Made by a program: the position numbers and the translations under genes
NCBI RefSeq assembly: GCF_000315625.1
Contig: NW_005434667.1
Span: forward strand, 467,160-531,159
Origin: Guillardia theta CCMP2712
Taxonomy: Eukaryota; Protista; Cryptophyta
Reading direction: 5' to 3'
Length of the DNA: 64,000 nt
Notes under the pieces: model-generated
Database searches by the model: none
Told to the model about the DNA's origin: nothing
Seen by the model: only the letters and a program-made list of their open reading frames with translations
In this document: positions 13,101 through 26,829 of the stretch, piece after piece
How the letters are laid out: each line of letters starts with the position of its first letter
Position numbering within the stretch: the stretch's first letter is position 1

Positions 13101-14000
13101 GAAAGAGTTGGCAGTGAAACTACGAGACGTAAATCCGGCGCAAGAACAACATGTAACACTAAGGCCCGACTGTCAAGCCCTTCAATCTCTTCTTCAATCT
13201 TTGCACATTCAAGTGTAGCGTCACATCACTGCCTGACTTCAGAACTTTGCCATCGTCTGTGTTTCAAGATCAGATTTGTGATGTACAATTATCTCAGTAG
13301 ACAGCCTTTCTTCGTTTCGACAAGGCTTTGGTAGTACATAGCGTTGTTTTGAAATATACTCTCTGCTATATAATGATCGATCGAGTTTGACGAACATTTG
13401 CAGTCACTATGCTGCAAGGATTTCATAGGACACTGTTCGTTCAGCAAGAAACAATTTTGTGATGGACATTTTCCAAAACTTTGTTTAGATAGGCAACATC
13501 ATAGTGACGGTCACTTGTCTTCCCCTTCGACACTTGATATCCGATTTCTTTTGACGTCTTTGTCTTCTTTCCTCCAACTCGTCTCTGACATGATAGCACT
13601 CCTTCGAAGACATCTACAAACTCTTGTACCTGTCTGCTTTCTATCCTTGTATCCTTTGCCTTCAGCTCACACGCCAACTGAAACGTCTAAACAAGCAGTC
13701 GATGCCGCTCAGTCTCTCGCCATGACATCACCTTCCCCCTTCCCCCCCCCTCCCCCTCGGTCTCTGCAGCAGTCAGGCCTCCCATTGTCAGGCCCTCCGC
13801 CTGCCCTGCCATTTCCCGGGACAAAGTCGGAAGGAGGGCCTGAGGAGGGCCGGGATTGCGATGAAGAAAATGGAGCGACGAGTGGGCAGGGAGGAGAAGA
13901 GAGGGAGAGGTAAGGAGGGAGGATAAGAGTGTGAAGACGCTCACTGAGAAGGAGAGGGAGAGGAGATGACAAGAGTGGTAGAGATGCTGGAAGAAGGGCG

Positions 14001-14875
14001 ATGATCTCCTCGCAGGGGCGCCAGGATTCTACCGAAGATGTTGAAAGTGTGAAGGGAAATGCAGCGCAGGTGATGAGAGGTTGTCTTGTGACGTGAGAAA
14101 GTTTGACAGTCGATCCGAAGAGGTTGGGACGACGACCGTTCGATCCTTCAAAGATGTCTAGATGCGCTTACCCCAGACTTGTCGCGCTATGGCGGCATCC
14201 CAAAGACGTGAGGCAGAGCTCTGCTTGCCCGGGGGCTGACGCGTTGGAGCAGCAGGAAGTCGCACACGAAGCTCAGAAAGGCCAACGAGCACGCGTGGAG
14301 CTCGGGCATGATCCACGTCTGCGACAACCAGCGGATGGGTGAGAGCGATGGCTTGTGCGGCAGGAGGGTGACGCGCGCAAGTTTGCTGCTGCCTCTGCTG
14401 CGGGACCTGCATCCAACACGGTCACAACCAAGACCTCATGAACAACACAGGCTGCTGCGTGCCCTGTGTGCAGGTGCTGCTGACGGCAGGAGAGAGGAGG
14501 AGCTGAAGGGAAGCAGGCGTGTCTGTGCGGGTTACATTGCTGTGAGATGACGAGGGCGAGGAGAGAGATGCGAGTGAGGCTGGACATCAAGGTACAACAA
14601 GGGGCAAGGACGTGGAGCTGACTCGAGGCCGTCAGGGAGCTTGGGCCGTCGACTGCTGCCTGGTCTGCGCCTGTCCTTGTTTGACGGTGTGTCAAGAGAC
14701 CAGGTATAGCCCAGCTGCTAGAGAGAGAGAGCTGAGGCAGCATGTCAGGGAGCTGGAGATCAGGACGAAGCAGGTTTGGCATCCCATCTGGGGCTTCCGA
14801 GTGAAGACGCGATACAACTCGAGCTTCTTGTTCTCAGGGCAGGTGCCAGCAAATATCTACAGCTCTCTGCTCTGA
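14001..14875 (+). CDS. PLAC8-family cysteine-rich protein (multi-exon)
   Basis: HAWSSGMIHVCDN, CCLCCGTCIQHGHN, ARREMRVRLDIK and DCCLVCACPCLTVCQET-RELEIR match the PLAC8 pattern. Confidence 0.75.
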
Positions 14876-15333
14876 CTGCTGCTCCAAGGCTCCGCTCCTG
14901 CACGACATCTGCTGCGGAGAGGAGCGATTAACAACGGTGGTTCCCTTCAAGACTCCGTTCCTCAAGAGCTTTCCTTACGGGCGATGTGAGTGAAGAAGCT
15001 GAGGGAGAAGCGACCCGACTGACGTCTGCCTCCCTCACTTCCCTCACAGTTGCTGACGATGAGGAGGAGCTCTTGCCTCTTGAGTGAGCAGATCTGATCA
15101 CTCCAGCTGCTTCTGACGCGTGTTGGAGGCTGTTGAGGGCAAGGACAGGAAGCCTGCCACCAGAGCCGCAGACGGAGACGACGAGGTAGAGTTGTCTCTG
15201 TGGGAGACGAGCTGAGGTGCTTGCAGACCGACACAAGAGAACAACATGGAGTAGTCGGAGCCAGCGGCTCCTCGATTACTGTACATCACGACTGAATAGG
15301 GGAAGAATGAAGTGAAGCCTCTGACGACGATGA

Positions 15334-17448
15334 CTACTCCACACCCTGCAGATCACCATCAACTTGTAAAAAAGAATAAGAGAACGATGGTTACCTTGAG
15401 GAGTTTAGTCGCCCCGTAGTCACTGAGAATCTTGGTGAGAGAAAGCAACCCCTGTGTCGAATCCTCGTCGGCCTTGAGATCATGATCCTGCATTTTCTTC
15501 ACTTCGATGGCTTCTCGTTTCACTTTCTTGTAGTTTCTGATGTCAAGGTCAAATACTGGCGGCAAAGAATCGTCAATCTCACTTCATCATAGACGCATGG
15601 GCCTCATCAGCTTTCTGTGACAACTCCTTGAAATTCTTGTACCATCTCGAGAAGCCTTGCTTGAAGGGGCTTCCTCCTGCCTTCAAGCTTGCGGGCATCT
15701 TTTCCTTGCTGCTCTCTGCACTTCCTGCCTTGGCGAGATTCGCTAGTGGCGCATCGTCGGTATTGCTCTTGCTCGCAGAGGAATCGTCGAGAGTCGCAAC
15801 GGCAGCTGAATCAGTCGCCGCTGACCTACTGGGCTTCTTCGGCGTCTTGTCCTCCAAGAAGGAGATGAGGGAGCTCCACGAGGGATGCTTGCTGCTCCCC
15901 TGCGCATACAGGTGAGCAGAAGTGCACCAGTGCCACATGCTGAGGCAGAAGCACCTTCAACCCTGACTTCACGCTCATCTGAGGGCTGATGGCTTGACGA
16001 GGTGTAGTTACATGTGCCTGCGGCAAGGAGGTAAGAAAGGAGAGAGAAGTTCAATCGAATTTTTAACCTCTGATGTTTCAATCTTTTGCGAGACCTTCTC
16101 GGCAAAATGAGGGCCTGAACTCACTTTTGGCCTTGCAATTCTTGATTGAACAATCTCAGTCGCTTTTTCCTTCCACATGTTATCCATTTTTTTCTCCTGT
16201 TTGTACTTGTCCCACAATTTGTTGATTTCCGTCTCTTCTTTTAAGATTTTTGATTGGATCTTATTGTTCTTTGCTTTTTTCGCTTCCGAAGCTTTGTTTG
16301 AAGCTGCCTGTGCCTTTGCCTCCTGTTCAGCCTTTTCCCTTTCCTCTGTCTCGGCCGTTGTTTTCTGGAAACACAGTAAATCTCAGAGGATACATCTCCA
16401 CTATTTGCAATCCTACTTCTTTGAGCGCACTTGCTAGCGCGTTGTTTTGCTGTTTCATCTGATCCATCTCTTGGTCGAGAGCTTGAATCGTCTTCGCTGC
16501 TTTCTTGGCTTCTTGCTGAAAAAAATGAAAATTCAGTAAGGAGTCCATGGTCATCGGTTGGCATCAGAGGACAACCTCGTAGACAGTCTTCGACTTCAGT
16601 TCCTTCTTCGCCGCTTGTTTTTCTGCAAGGACCTCAGCCTCCAGCTGCTTCATCTTGGCATCCAGTCGCTTGATGGCAGCGTCAGCGTCAGCGGCACTGG
16701 TTTGCTCCGCCGCAGCAGCTGCAGGCAACACGATGGTGACCTTTTCTTCTCCATTGGCCTCAGTGCGAACTGACACTCGAGGTTTGGAGAGCAGCTTGCT
16801 CTGAGATGTCTCCTGGTCCTCTTTCCCAGCCTCCAGGTTCTCCTGCTCGCTGTGGGTGGAAGAATCGCTGCTAGCCAAGGCCACAAGCCCCTCTCGTGCC
16901 TTAGGAACGTTGAACAACAACTTGGCTCCTGCAGACTGACCCACAGGGACCTTAACCAGCACGTTGCCCTGCCCAGGCACGTTCACTTTGAATTCCTCTC
17001 CTCCGTGCATGCCAGCAGGAACTTGCACCAGGAACGTGTCATAGCCTGATCAACACATGTCACGGTCAGGGTACGGCATGGGAAGCAACTTGGGGGCATG
17101 CAAGGGTTCACCTTTCAGGTCATGCTGCTGGAACATCGAGGCATGAGCGGAGGACGATTGAGGAGGCAGGGGCAGATCAAGCTTCAGAACATCTCCTGCT
17201 CCATTCCCGAAAGGAACCCGCGTCGAGTAGTCCTTGGCTCCTACCTTGAAGTTGAAAAGATCGCCTGCATGCAGCCCTGCTGGGACGGTGACGAGCACTT
17301 GCACTAAGGCGCTGCTGCTGTCCACCCTCGAATTGCCAAGAGTGGACACGATCAACCCAATCAGCAGAGCCCCGAAAGCCAGCATGCCGTATCTGCGCAC
17401 ATCCCGGCTAGAGTTCTTGTGGGGCCTGAGCAAGTCTGTCGGACCCAT
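15334..17448 (-). CDS. Signal-anchored protein with two VP(A/x)GxxxG beta-modules and long coiled coils (multi-exon)
   Basis: TM segment MLAFGALLIGLIVSTLG. Modules VTVPAGLHAGDLFNFKV..RVPFGNGAGD and VQVPAGMHGGEEFKVNV..KVPVGQSAGA. Lys/Ala/Glu-rich coiled-coil exons follow. Confidence 0.6.
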
Positions 17449-17714
17449 GGTCCAACAATAACAATGACTTCCTGCTGGCAGCAAGCGTCCCACAGCAAGT
17501 CACCCTTCCTGACCACACCATAAGTCAGTGATGTCGGGCGCCACTTGACGTTCCTCTTCTCTTCTCTTTCGGAAGTTCCCTTGCTCATTCACGTTATATC
17601 TGTCTTCCAACCTCTTGCTCTTTCTTCTTCTGCCCCATCTTCTTCCCCCCCTCCCCCTGCCGCAGTGCACTGCATTGAGTTCGCTCCTACACCATCCCGT
17701 CAAGTTCCCAATTT

Positions 17715-18100
17715 AGACGAGTATCCGTGAGTATCCGTGTGAGTATCCGGGACGGTCCACGCGGGGGGCCGGCCGGTGGCCTGCGGCCCGGCCGGAGCCT
17801 CGGGCTCGGAGGGCCTGAGGCTGATCCGGAGTCCCGGGCCGACAGCCGGCCCGCGGCGAGTCACTGAGCCGCTCCCGGGACCGTGGCTACTAGCCTAGTA
17901 GCCTGGCTAGGCTACAAGTAGCCTAGTAGTGTAGGAGCCGCTGCACGGTCCAGTGAACGGTGACTGACGGTCGGCGGGCCAACGACGCCGCCGGGGCGCG
18001 GCACCGGGTCGGAGTCTCCCGGCCCGCCGGAGTCAGGCTGATCACTGACAGACTCTGAGCCTCGCCGAGCTCGGAGTCGGACTCGGAAACTTGAAACCAG
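17715..18100. repeat. GC-rich dispersed element with short tandem and palindromic units
   Basis: (GAGTATCCG)x3, CCGG-rich tract, and perfect inverted repeats at 17885-17903 and 17907-17926. Confidence 0.6.
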
Positions 18101-18207
18101 TTACATCAAGTAAGATATCGATTTACTAGGCTGAGTTTTGTCGCCTTCACATGATCCGACGATGCAAACCCGGCTACAAAGCCACTGAGTGAGGGCCATC
18201 GGAGCAT

Positions 18208-19230
18208 TCAAGATATTCTGCATATTTTCTCATGACTACCTCCAGTGAACGCTGGCTGTTGGACGTGTAGTTCTCCTCCTTTGGACTTTTGCCGCTTTCC
18301 CTTCCTCCTCTCTTCTTCAAGCTGGGTCAAGAACCCTTTCGAACTTGTCTGAGACGCTCGTAGCTGGGTTCTGAGGTCCTTCCCAGTGCAGTGGACGGGA
18401 GTGTTCTGTTCTCCCTCATGTTTTCTCTTCACTGATTTTCTTTCCACGTTCACCTTCACCTTCTTGAGCTGATCTGCCATGGTCTTGAGCTTCTCTCCCA
18501 TCGACGCTGCGGATGCCTTGCATTCCTCCAGCAGCCTCACGCATTCGTCGGTCCTACTCGGCACTTGCATGACGGGAGTCAAGAGCAGCTTCTGGATCTC
18601 TGCCTTGAGTGCTTCCAGCCTCTCCAGCACCTTCACGCCTTCGCCGCGCCCCTCCCCTACATCTTCGGCTTCGCCTGACAAGCTGGTGGTCCGTGACCTG
18701 GCCATCTGACGTCTGCCTGTGAGTGACATGGAGGGGTTTCCATCTTGATCAGGCGTCTCAAGCTTGACGGGCGAGGATGGGCGATCATCTTGAGCTTTAC
18801 CAGTGTCACCTGGACGAGCATTGGTGTCTCCCTTCTGCATCTCCCAATCATCGGCTTCTTGCGTCTTTCGCTCATCAGCTCCTTGGGTTTGCCAATCATC
18901 GACTACTTGCGTCTCTCCATCATAAATCGCTTGCGTCTCTCCATCATAAATCGCTTGCGTCTCTCCATCATAAATCGCTTGCGTCTCTCCATCATAAATC
19001 GCTTGTATCTCTCCATCATAAATCGCTTGTGTCTCTTCATCATCAATCGCTTGTGTCTGTTCATCATCATCCGCTACTTGTCTCTCTCCTCCATTCCCTT
19101 GGTGTGGCTGGTTGCAGCTGTCAGCCTCCATGTCGAGCCTCCTGACGTGAGAGAATCTCGACGGCTCCATGGCAGCATCACAACTCACCCTCTCTCGCAC
19201 CGGGGCAGCGTCCTGACTCTTGTTCGCCAT
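18208..19230 (-). CDS. TQ-repeat / coiled-coil protein, copy A
   Basis: Intronless 340-aa ORF with 7 core (D/Y)DGETQAI units. Near-identical to 25503-26437 in inverted orientation. Confidence 0.7.
   Translation of the reverse strand: MANKSQDAAPVRERVSCDAAMEPSRFSHVRRLDMEADSCNQPHQGNGGERQVADDDEQTQAIDDEETQAIYDGEIQAIYDGETQAIYDGETQAIYDGETQAIYDGETQVVDDWQTQGADERKTQEADDWEMQKGDTNARPGDTGKAQDDRPSSPVKLETPDQDGNPSMSLTGRRQMARSRTTSLSGEAEDVGEGRGEGVKVLERLEALKAEIQKLLLTPVMQVPSRTDECVRLLEECKASAASMGEKLKTMADQLKKVKVNVERKSVKRKHEGEQNTPVHCTGKDLRTQLRASQTSSKGFLTQLEEERRKGKRQKSKGGELHVQQPAFTGGSHEKICRIS
18901..19068 (-). repeat. 24-bp coding minisatellite (7 units)
   Basis: Tandem TATGATGGAGAGACGCAAGCGATT-like units on the minus strand. 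Confidence 0.9.
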
Positions 19231-20002
19231 CAGGCCGCAAAGAGGGTAGGAAGAGCTGGAAGGCCAGGGAGGGTGGAGAAGAGAGAGAAAGTGAGGGGAG
19301 GAGGTGAGGGGAGGAGCAGAGCGGAGCGGAGAGAGAGAGCTAGGAGGGCAAGCTAGCTAGGAACGCTCACCAGGAAATCCGTTTCCTCTGAGTACGGCAG
19401 TCTTTTACTCAAAAGTACGGCAGTAGTAGTGTATTGACTCGGCCGGGTGCTGGTGCCGGCGGGCCCGGCCCGTGCCCGACCGGTGGGGATGAGGGCCGGA
19501 TCACTCAAGTTTGAAAACAATGATTCCTGCCCCTCCCCCCCCTGGGGATCCTGCCATGGCGGGGGCGTGAGAAGACGAGTTCGGAGAGAAGAAGCAGAGG
19601 AGGAGTAGGTGGTCTCAGGAGAAGAGAGGAAAAGTACACTGTGTTGAGAGCGCTACTTGTCACTTTGAGAAGAAATATGCATTCAGCTGTTGTTGACAAC
19701 GTTGCATGAACAAGGTCTCTCTCGTTGAATGTCGTGATATTGAAGCTCTTCACACAGCATGTTTATATATTTAGACATGAGAATAACGAAATATCGCTAG
19801 ATTCTTATGCAAGACAACACGAGATACCTAAACAATCCAGAGTGACTTGAAGTCTGCAGGATACATTCACATGTTGATCTCGCATAGTACTCCGACATCT
19901 TCATGATCAGGTTAATATTTGCGGATCTCTCACATATGAGTCTGACCACTATCTGACAGAGTGTAATACTTGAAACCCTGCCTTCACAGCTGCTGTCTCG
20001 CA

Positions 20003-22343
20003 ATGGGAATAAGCGGGTTACTTCCTGTCCTTCGAAATATCATTGAGCCTCGCCACGTCAGTAAATATGCCGGCAAGAAAGTTGCAGTAGATACGGTAGT
20101 ATGCTCTCCTCTGGTCTCATCGTTGGATTTTAACCAGCATGGATTGAGCAGTATAGCTGGTTGCACAAGGGCTCGTATGGTTGTGCGTTGGAGCTATGCA
20201 CTGGCGCTCCGACAGACAAGTACACGTTTCTAGGCTACAGCGAGACTCGATAGCTAATCCTTTTTGACGTCCATCAGGTATGTCACCTACTGCTTGGACC
20301 GGGTGAAGATGCTTCTTCATTACAAGTAAGTCCTCTTGTCTCATTCTGGTAGCCGGAGGTGACGAAATCAGGGTTATTCCGGTCATGGTATTTGACGGCG
20401 CGAACCTCCCATCGAAACAAGGAACAGAAGTTGATAGAAAACTTTCTCGCTTGGAGAATCGCTCAAAGGGAATCCAAGCGCTAAGGTGTGAGGGTGTCCG
20501 ACGAATTGTGCCGATCGACTGACCTGATGCAGAGCTGACAACCGATCTGCCGCAATCGAATACTTTCAAAGGGCTGTGGATGTGACACCAGCTATGGCCT
20601 ACAAGCTCATCAAGGCCCTGCGGAAGCTCAACGTGGAATGTATCGTCGCACCTTATGAGGCTGATGCTCAACTTGCGTACTTGAATCTGCAAGGGTATGT
20701 ATCTGCAGTTATCAGGTCTTCATGTGTTTGTTTTAAAGGTCATCAGAGTAATCAGTCTAGTCAGTGAGGACTCGGACATCATTGCATTCGGGGCTAAGGC
20801 AGTTCTCTTGAAAATGGACAAGGATGGCTACGGAGAAGAGTGAGTGCTGTCGCATGGCTGTCTCTGTTCTCGTCGCTCATAGCACTTGCCCTAGATATCG
20901 CCAGAAATTGCTCGGAGCTTGCTCAACAATGAATTTGAGTGGTTGGGAGCCAGAGCGTTTCACTCAGATGTGCATATTTGCTGGTTTGTGAGCTGCACAG
21001 CAATGGTTGGGTGTGAACTGTGTTTGCAAGGTTGCGACTACTTAAAATCGTTGCCTGGAATGGGAATCAAGAAAGCTTATGCTGCAATCAATAACATCGG
21101 AGGCCAAAGGGCTCCATTGGATGAGTGCTTTGTGCGGGCGATCAATAAGCTCCGATTAGATGGAACCCTAGTCCCTTCGGTATCATCTTGAAGGATGGGT
21201 GGATTTTTCTGATTCTTGGTTTCAGGATTATCTCAAGGATTTTGAAAGAGCTTATCTTACTTTCCAATTTCAGGTGATGCCAGGTCAAGGGTTTTGCAGT
21301 ATTGATTACCTCTGCAGAGAGTTTTCGACCCGGAAAAGCAGATGCTGGTCACTCTGAAACCTTTGCCTGAGGTTCGTGATACCTCTTTTAACCATCTTGA
21401 TGTTGACCTCTGCGAGCAGGGAGAAGATTTCTCGTCATGTGATTTCATTGGGCCCGACCTCTCGGCAGACATTGCTCTGGCAGTTGCACGAGGTGACATG
21501 AATCCGTGCACGCATGAGTGGTTCGAGGAGACAGCAGCTCCTTGCAGCAAACGGGACGCGCCAATCGTAGAAGATGCTCCATGTGTCAGCACACACGATG
21601 AGATAGGAGCGAAGCCACAGGGGGAAGATGGATTTCAGCATGTGGATGAGATGGTCAGTAGTGACAAAGCAAATAAGGACGAAGACTTTTCTACCCTACA
21701 TGCAGATTCAAGCTCCTCTGTTGTCTTCAAGGCAAAAGCATCCCCTGGCAGTTCTGGAAGCGCATTCTCTAACGCTAAAGTTGGCAAGTTCCAGAGCTCA
21801 TTGATGAATTACGTCTCAGTCAGTGAGCAAGCAAAAAAGAGTTTTGTTCCTCCCCGCCGTCATGGAGATGCTGATCGCAGTCCTGATGGAGCCGATCGAA
21901 CGGACTTGCAGTTGAAGAGAAAGTTTGAATCCGACGAGAGCATGCAAGAGGGCGACAACGCAAGAGGGAGATTCAAGACGCGCAACATCTTCTGTGCTGA
22001 CCTCAGCAGCAAGCCGATCACCAGCAAGTTCTTCAAAGGCCGTGAGAGCGTCAACGAGAACAACAAGGATCAGGAGGAAGACGGCGAAGGTGACCCGGAG
22101 TTCTCGCTGCAAGTGAATCCAGCGGCTATGAGCGAAGATGTGACAGCAAAGATCGAAGCCTTGCAGTACAACCCATCGGTCAGGTACATGAGCCCCATGG
22201 TCACCTTGCAACGAAACTCGGTAGGGGTCAGCTCAAGGATGACGCTCAAGCCTGTGCTGCCATCGCAGAAGAAAAGTCTCAGGGTAGAGGCTCTGGCGTC
22301 TTTCGCCCTCGAGAAGAAGTCAACCAATACAACACTCCCTTGA
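20003..22343 (+). CDS. EXO1: Exonuclease 1 (XPG/Rad2 family, multi-exon)
   Basis: [52 protein letters not shown] and [16 protein letters not shown] (H3TH). Disordered C-tail containing ITSKFF. Confidence 0.95.
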
Positions 22344-22479
22344 TGTAAATCATTACGTAGCGTTTTGTTAGAAGAAACATATTCTTTCCCACTGAACCTT
22401 CCCTGTATTCGTCAAGTCTAATGCGCTCCGAGAGTTTGACAGAAGACTTTCATGCGAAGGCGAGGTACAGCATCATGTC

Positions 22480-22740
22480 AATCAGGCGTCATCTTCGTAC
22501 ACCACTCGGACCCGGTAGGCTGCAGTGTTTTTGCTTGGCGCCTTACCTTGCATGAAGGATTTAAAGGTTTTCTTGACTCAGGTTTTGTGCTCTTGCAATG
22601 CCCCGCCGATCCCTTTCTCTTTAATTCGCTTCTTCTCGTCTTCGTAGTAATACCTGAATGTCTCCGTTAGGGTCTTCTTATGCTCGGCGGAGGATCCTTC
22701 TGCTGAAATTTCTTTGTTGCTGGAAGTTTCGTCGGACATG
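22480..22740 (-). CDS. Small hypothetical charged protein
   Basis: ORF MSDETSSNKEISAEG..KKRIKEKGIGGALQEHKT in the gap between EXO1 and the calmodulin promoter. Exon structure is unclear. Confidence 0.3.
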
Positions 22741-23845
22741 TTGCAGGATTCGTCGAATTCCCTCGAATCGAGAAGGAAACCAAGAGGAAAACAACCTACA
22801 GCATGAATGAGCCCATTTTGTCTACAGATGATGTCCAAAATCCCATCCCATCCATTCATCTTTCATCTGCTATCTCTCTTTCCCCAAAAACATGAGAAAA
22901 AATCGAACAAATCTAGAACAAAACAACAGCAGCAACATCGCTGCCGCCGCGCTGTCACCATCGCCTCCACAAAGAGTCTTTTCGATTCATCAGCTCAAAC
23001 TCGTCATCATGATCGCAAGCATGTCCGCGCTATCTCATCTCCTCGCCATCCCACCCCCTCCCTCCTCCCTCGTCTGTTTCTCCCTTGCCACCCCGGTTGC
23101 CACCCTGTAATCTGACAGGCCCTCATCCCCGCATTCAATACTCATCTCCCTCATTCTCAACTCAGCGTGACTGGCGCCGTGACTGTCATCACCCGTTCAA
23201 AAAATATTGGAAATCTTTATACCAGGGGTCCTTTTTCGTGTAAATTATGGGGTAGTTGTCTTGTTCCTGTGGGGAGTTCTAGGAAGTACTACGTGGACCT
23301 ATGACCACGACCGTTGGGAATCAACTCTTACCAGGTAGGGTAGTGTCAATCTGTGGGGTAGGGTGATAAAAAATAACTTCACTTTTACCAAAATCGTCTG
23401 AAAGACCTTAGTAATGGGGGGGTGGGGTATGAATGGGATTTCTGGATAGGGTAGGGTACTGAGACATGGCCAATGTGTGTGTGGGGGGGTGGAGGTGGTC
23501 GTGTGTTCAAGTTCAAAATTGATCCACCCCACCCCCATCAAAACTTTGCAAAGTACCCTGTACCCCTCATGGTAAAGGATAAGGAGGTCAAAAGTACCCG
23601 TTCAATTCTAACGTACGGTGCAATACCCACTGTGTTCATGGTCAGGTACCCCTCCATCTTTTCAAATGAACTATACCCCTACCTCACCAAGCTTTGATAC
23701 CACCAGTACTTTTAACGCGTGTTTGGTTTACCAATGTAGGGTACTGGGTGATACCCACCCTTGGAAGAACAAGGATACAGTACCCCACCTCTGATGCAGG
23801 GTGGAAGACAGGTGGCGTCCTCGCGCGCCAGTTCATCGTTCATCA

Positions 23846-24825
<980 letters not shown>

Positions 24826-25417
24826 AATCGCCGCAGTTCTCATGTTTCCAGCATGGATACAAGTCGGTTATTCCATCTTCTTGATACCCTTAGTGAGAAC
24901 GGACACGTAAGCCATGATCACAAGAAGATTCACCAAATGACATGGATCATCGGAAACGATTTGTTTTCGTGCACGAGAAGCTCAAGTTTTTTCATCAAGT
25001 TTCATGGACGATGAACAACCTTGGTTGATTCATTATTAACCTAGTTTAAACCTCACTTTTTTTGACATGTGCATTAAATGGTTGTGCTACACCCATGCAC
25101 CTGTTGTTTTTAAAATAGTTCACCGTAACTGGTGGGTTGTAAGTCGATCTCTAGCCTTGCAGTGCCGGCTGGCAGTGAGAGGCCCGACTCCCGAGCTGCG
25201 GCTGACTCAGTGATCTTGAACTTCGAATGCCGGGGCCAGCCGACGGCCGGGCCTCCAGGGAGTCGCATCCGAATCAGATTACCCCTCATCCCCACCGTTA
25301 CCCTTCTCCTCCACCTGAGTTCCTGCCTGAGAGTTCCTGGGTGAGAGTTCCTGGCCAACTCGCCTAAGTTGAGCAGCCTCCTCGTCCGTCCTCTCAGCTC
25401 CTCAAACCTCGCTGCCT

Positions 25418-26698
25418 ATGTTGGATTCCGATGACGAGCCTCTTGCTCGTCCCTCTCACCTCTCACCCCACCCCCGCAGGAATGAAGACTCGTTGCAAAA
25501 GAGGGCGAACAAGAGTCAGGACGCCACCCCGGTGCGAGAGAGGGTGAGTTGTGATGCTGCCATGGAGCCGTCGAGATTCTCTCACGTCAGGAGGCTCGAC
25601 ATGGAGGCTGACAGCTGCAACCAGCCACACCAAGGTCGAAGCATCTCACTCCGTCCCTCTCATGGTGACGTCGAGGGCGACAGCACCACTGACGACGAAA
25701 TGTATGCGGGAGACACTGTTCCGTACAACTTGACATCGGGCCAGAATGGAGGAGAGAGACAAGTAGCGGAAGATGATGGAGAGACACAAGCGATTGATGA
25801 TGAAGAGACACAAGCGATTGATGATGAAGAGACACAAGCGATTTATGATGGAGAGACTCAAGCGATTTATGATGGAGAGACACAAGCGATTGATGATGGA
25901 GAGACACAAGCGATTTATGATGGAGAGACACAAGCGATTGATGATGGAGAGACGCAAGCGATTTATGATGGAGAGACGCAAGCGATTTATGATGGAGAGA
26001 CGCAAGTAGTCGATGATTGGCAAACCCAAGGAGCTGATGAGCGAAAGACGCAAGAAGCCGATGATTGGGAGATGCAGAAGGGAGACACCAATGCTCGTCC
26101 AGGTGACACTGGTAAAGCTCAAGATGATCGCCCATCCTCGCCCGTCAAGCTTGAGAAGCCTGATCAAGATGGAAACCCCTCCATGTCACTTACAGGCAGA
26201 CGTCAGATGGCCAGGTCACGGACCACCAGCTTGTCAGGCGAAGCCGAAGATGTAGGGGAGGGGCGCGGCGAAGGCGTGAAGGTGCTGGAGAGGCTGGAGG
26301 CACTCAAGGCAGAGATCCAGAAGCTGCTCTTGACTCCCGTCATGCAAGTGCCGAGTAGGACCGACGAATGCGTGAGGCTGCTGGAGGAATGCAAGGCATC
26401 CGCAGCGTCGATGGGAGAGAAGCTCAAGACCATGGCAGAGAACAATGCAAGTTTGAAGAGAAAACATGAAGAAGAACAGACGGTCTCAGCCCAGCTGAGA
26501 AACAATGAGAAGGACCTCAGAACCCAGCTACAAGCTTCTGAGACAAGCTTGATAGGCCTACAGTCTGAGCTTGAAGAAGAGAGGAGGGAGGGAAAGCGGC
26601 TCAAATCAAGGGAAAGAGAGCTCGTTGAGATTATCTCCAATGCTCGCCGCATTCTGGAACAAGGCAAGCATCCAAATCCTACAAACACTGAATCATAG
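25418..26698 (+). CDS. TQ-repeat / coiled-coil protein, copy B
   Basis: 426-aa ORF with 10 core ETQ units plus 2 degenerate TQ units and a C-terminal coiled coil. Confidence 0.75.
   Translation: MLDSDDEPLARPSHLSPHPRRNEDSLQKRANKSQDATPVRERVSCDAAMEPSRFSHVRRLDMEADSCNQPHQGRSISLRPSHGDVEGDSTTDDEMYAGDTVPYNLTSGQNGGERQVAEDDGETQAIDDEETQAIDDEETQAIYDGETQAIYDGETQAIDDGETQAIYDGETQAIDDGETQAIYDGETQAIYDGETQVVDDWQTQGADERKTQEADDWEMQKGDTNARPGDTGKAQDDRPSSPVKLEKPDQDGNPSMSLTGRRQMARSRTTSLSGEAEDVGEGRGEGVKVLERLEALKAEIQKLLLTPVMQVPSRTDECVRLLEECKASAASMGEKLKTMAENNASLKRKHEEEQTVSAQLRNNEKDLRTQLQASETSLIGLQSELEEERREGKRLKSRERELVEIISNARRILEQGKHPNPTNTES
25772..26011 (+). repeat. 24-bp coding minisatellite (10 units)
   Basis: Tandem (G/T)ATGATG(G/A)AGAGAC(A/G/T)CAAGCGATT units. 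Confidence 0.9.
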
Positions 26699-26829
26699 AC
26701 GGTACTTGCAGCAACTTTGCAGAACCTGCTGCACTTGTTACTGACTTTCAATAGGCAGGTGTGCAAAGTTGACAAAGTTTGACAAGGTTTGCCACTTTCT
26801 CTGAGACTACCGTACCTCAAATCATCATC

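Noticed and set aside
13300-13970. Possible small minus-strand gene, and likewise 14928-15289
   Set aside because: I could not build a consistent exon chain or recognise a domain, so it is left unannotated.
17715-18100. GC-rich structured tract as an rRNA or tRNA gene
   Set aside because: No conserved rRNA segments, cloverleaf or T-loop motifs were recognised.
25635-25744. GT...AG segment absent from copy A as an intron lost by retroposition
   Set aside because: Removing it (110 nt) shifts the frame. The actual difference is a 108-nt in-frame indel whose ends are not splice sites.
25772-26011. 24-bp repeats as a CRISPR array
   Set aside because: The units are contiguous with no unique spacers, they are in frame within an ORF, and the context is eukaryotic with no cas genes.
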